A stretch of 64,000 nt of DNA from positions 32,001 to 96,000 of the IMG/VR virus record IMGVR_UViG_3300035670_000058. One strand, written 5' to 3'. This document shows, one piece after another, positions 63,480 to 64,000 of this stretch. This stretch comes from a virus. Position 1 is the stretch's first letter; every line of letters starts with the position of its first letter. Both the position numbers and the translations under genes were made by a program. The notes under the pieces are model-generated. The model did no database searches, had not been told where the DNA came from, and worked only from the letters and a program-made list of their open reading frames with translations.

Positions 63480-63514
63480 GTTGAACCTGTTCTTGTTGCT
63501 CTGGTACTATATGG

Positions 63515-63603
63515 GGAGAGATGGCTGAGTGGTTTAAAGCGGCGTCCTGCTAAGACGTTGTGCGTAACAGCACCGCTGGGTTCGAATCCCGCTCTCTCCT
63601 CCA
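63515..63603 (+). tRNA. tRNA-Ser(GCU)
   Basis: GGAGAGA/TCTCTCC acceptor, loop CTGCTAA, long variable arm, TTCGAAT, CCA. Confidence 0.9.
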
Positions 63604-63641
63604 GCCCAAAATCTATATTTGGGAGTGGTTAATATATTCAC

Positions 63642-63733
63642 GGAGAGTTGCCAGAGTCCGGTTTAATGGAACTGTCTTGAAAACAGTCGCACCTAAGACG
63701 TGCCGATGGGTTCGAATCCCTCACTCTCCTCCA
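63642..63733 (+). tRNA. tRNA-Ser(UGA)
   Basis: GGAGAGT/ACTCTCC acceptor, ACTGT-CTTGAAA-ACAGT anticodon arm, long variable arm, CCA. Confidence 0.9.
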
Positions 63734-63747
63734 TTTTAGGGGAAATA

Positions 63748-63987
63748 ATGAGCAGTAGACTAATTAGTGAAGATGAACAGTATCTTATATTAGAGCGCTA
63801 CATACATGATGATACTGATGAGTTCTCTTACTGGGAATTAGATAAAGAGGCTAACCCAAAATATTCTCAAGTAGTCCAAGATGCTGAGCATTATGTGGCA
63901 TATGAATTAAAAATCAAGTATCGAATTGATAAAAAAACGGGGGAAGTTTTGTATTTAGAGTTTGATGGCATGGGACTTCCTACTTAA
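63748..63987 (+). CDS. Small acidic hypothetical protein
   Basis: ATG after tRNA with SD AGGGG. Confidence 0.55.
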   Translation: MSSRLISEDEQYLILERYIHDDTDEFSYWELDKEANPKYSQVVQDAEHYVAYELKIKYRIDKKTGEVLYLEFDGMGLPT

Positions 63988-64000
63988 ATGGGGATGTCGT

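Noticed and set aside
63700-63747. 5' extension of the last ORF
   Set aside because: Overlaps tRNA-Ser(UGA); ATG 63748 is preferred
63989-64000. Possible start of another tRNA (GGGGATGTCGT)
   Set aside because: Truncated by the window edge and cannot be verified
1-64000. Stop-codon reassignment
   Set aside because: Conserved genes are intact under code 11 and TAA, TAG and TGA all end genes

Overview
A 64-kb segment of a large tailed dsDNA bacteriophage genome; the host cannot be determined from sequence alone. Layout: tail/baseplate, glycosyltransferase and lysis genes (1-10.3 kb, +). A replication/nucleotide-metabolism block with SSB, DnaB, nucleases, four cytosine methyltransferases and free-standing homing endonucleases (10.5-25.4 kb, +). 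A leftward block with RuvB and HTH proteins (25.5-33.3 kb, -). A long rightward run of small hypothetical genes with one tRNA-Lys (34-46.4 kb). An unusual ~7.5-kb array of ~760-bp single-gene units separated by conserved, strand-polarised non-coding spacers (46.7-54.1 kb). A ~590-nt hairpin-rich non-coding segment (54.3-54.9 kb). Class II ribonucleotide reductase, primase, family A polymerase and two tRNA-Ser genes (57.8-64 kb). The main unexplained signals are: (i) three protein genes built like rRNA operons (sigma70 promoter, boxA-like element, and a long 5'/3' UTR stem enclosing the whole ORF); (ii) the periodic cassette array with paired AGCCAAT(A/G)GA motifs and strong CCWGG/GCCGGC enrichment; (iii) a candidate large structured ncRNA. 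All product calls rest on motif recognition by eye; no searches were run.
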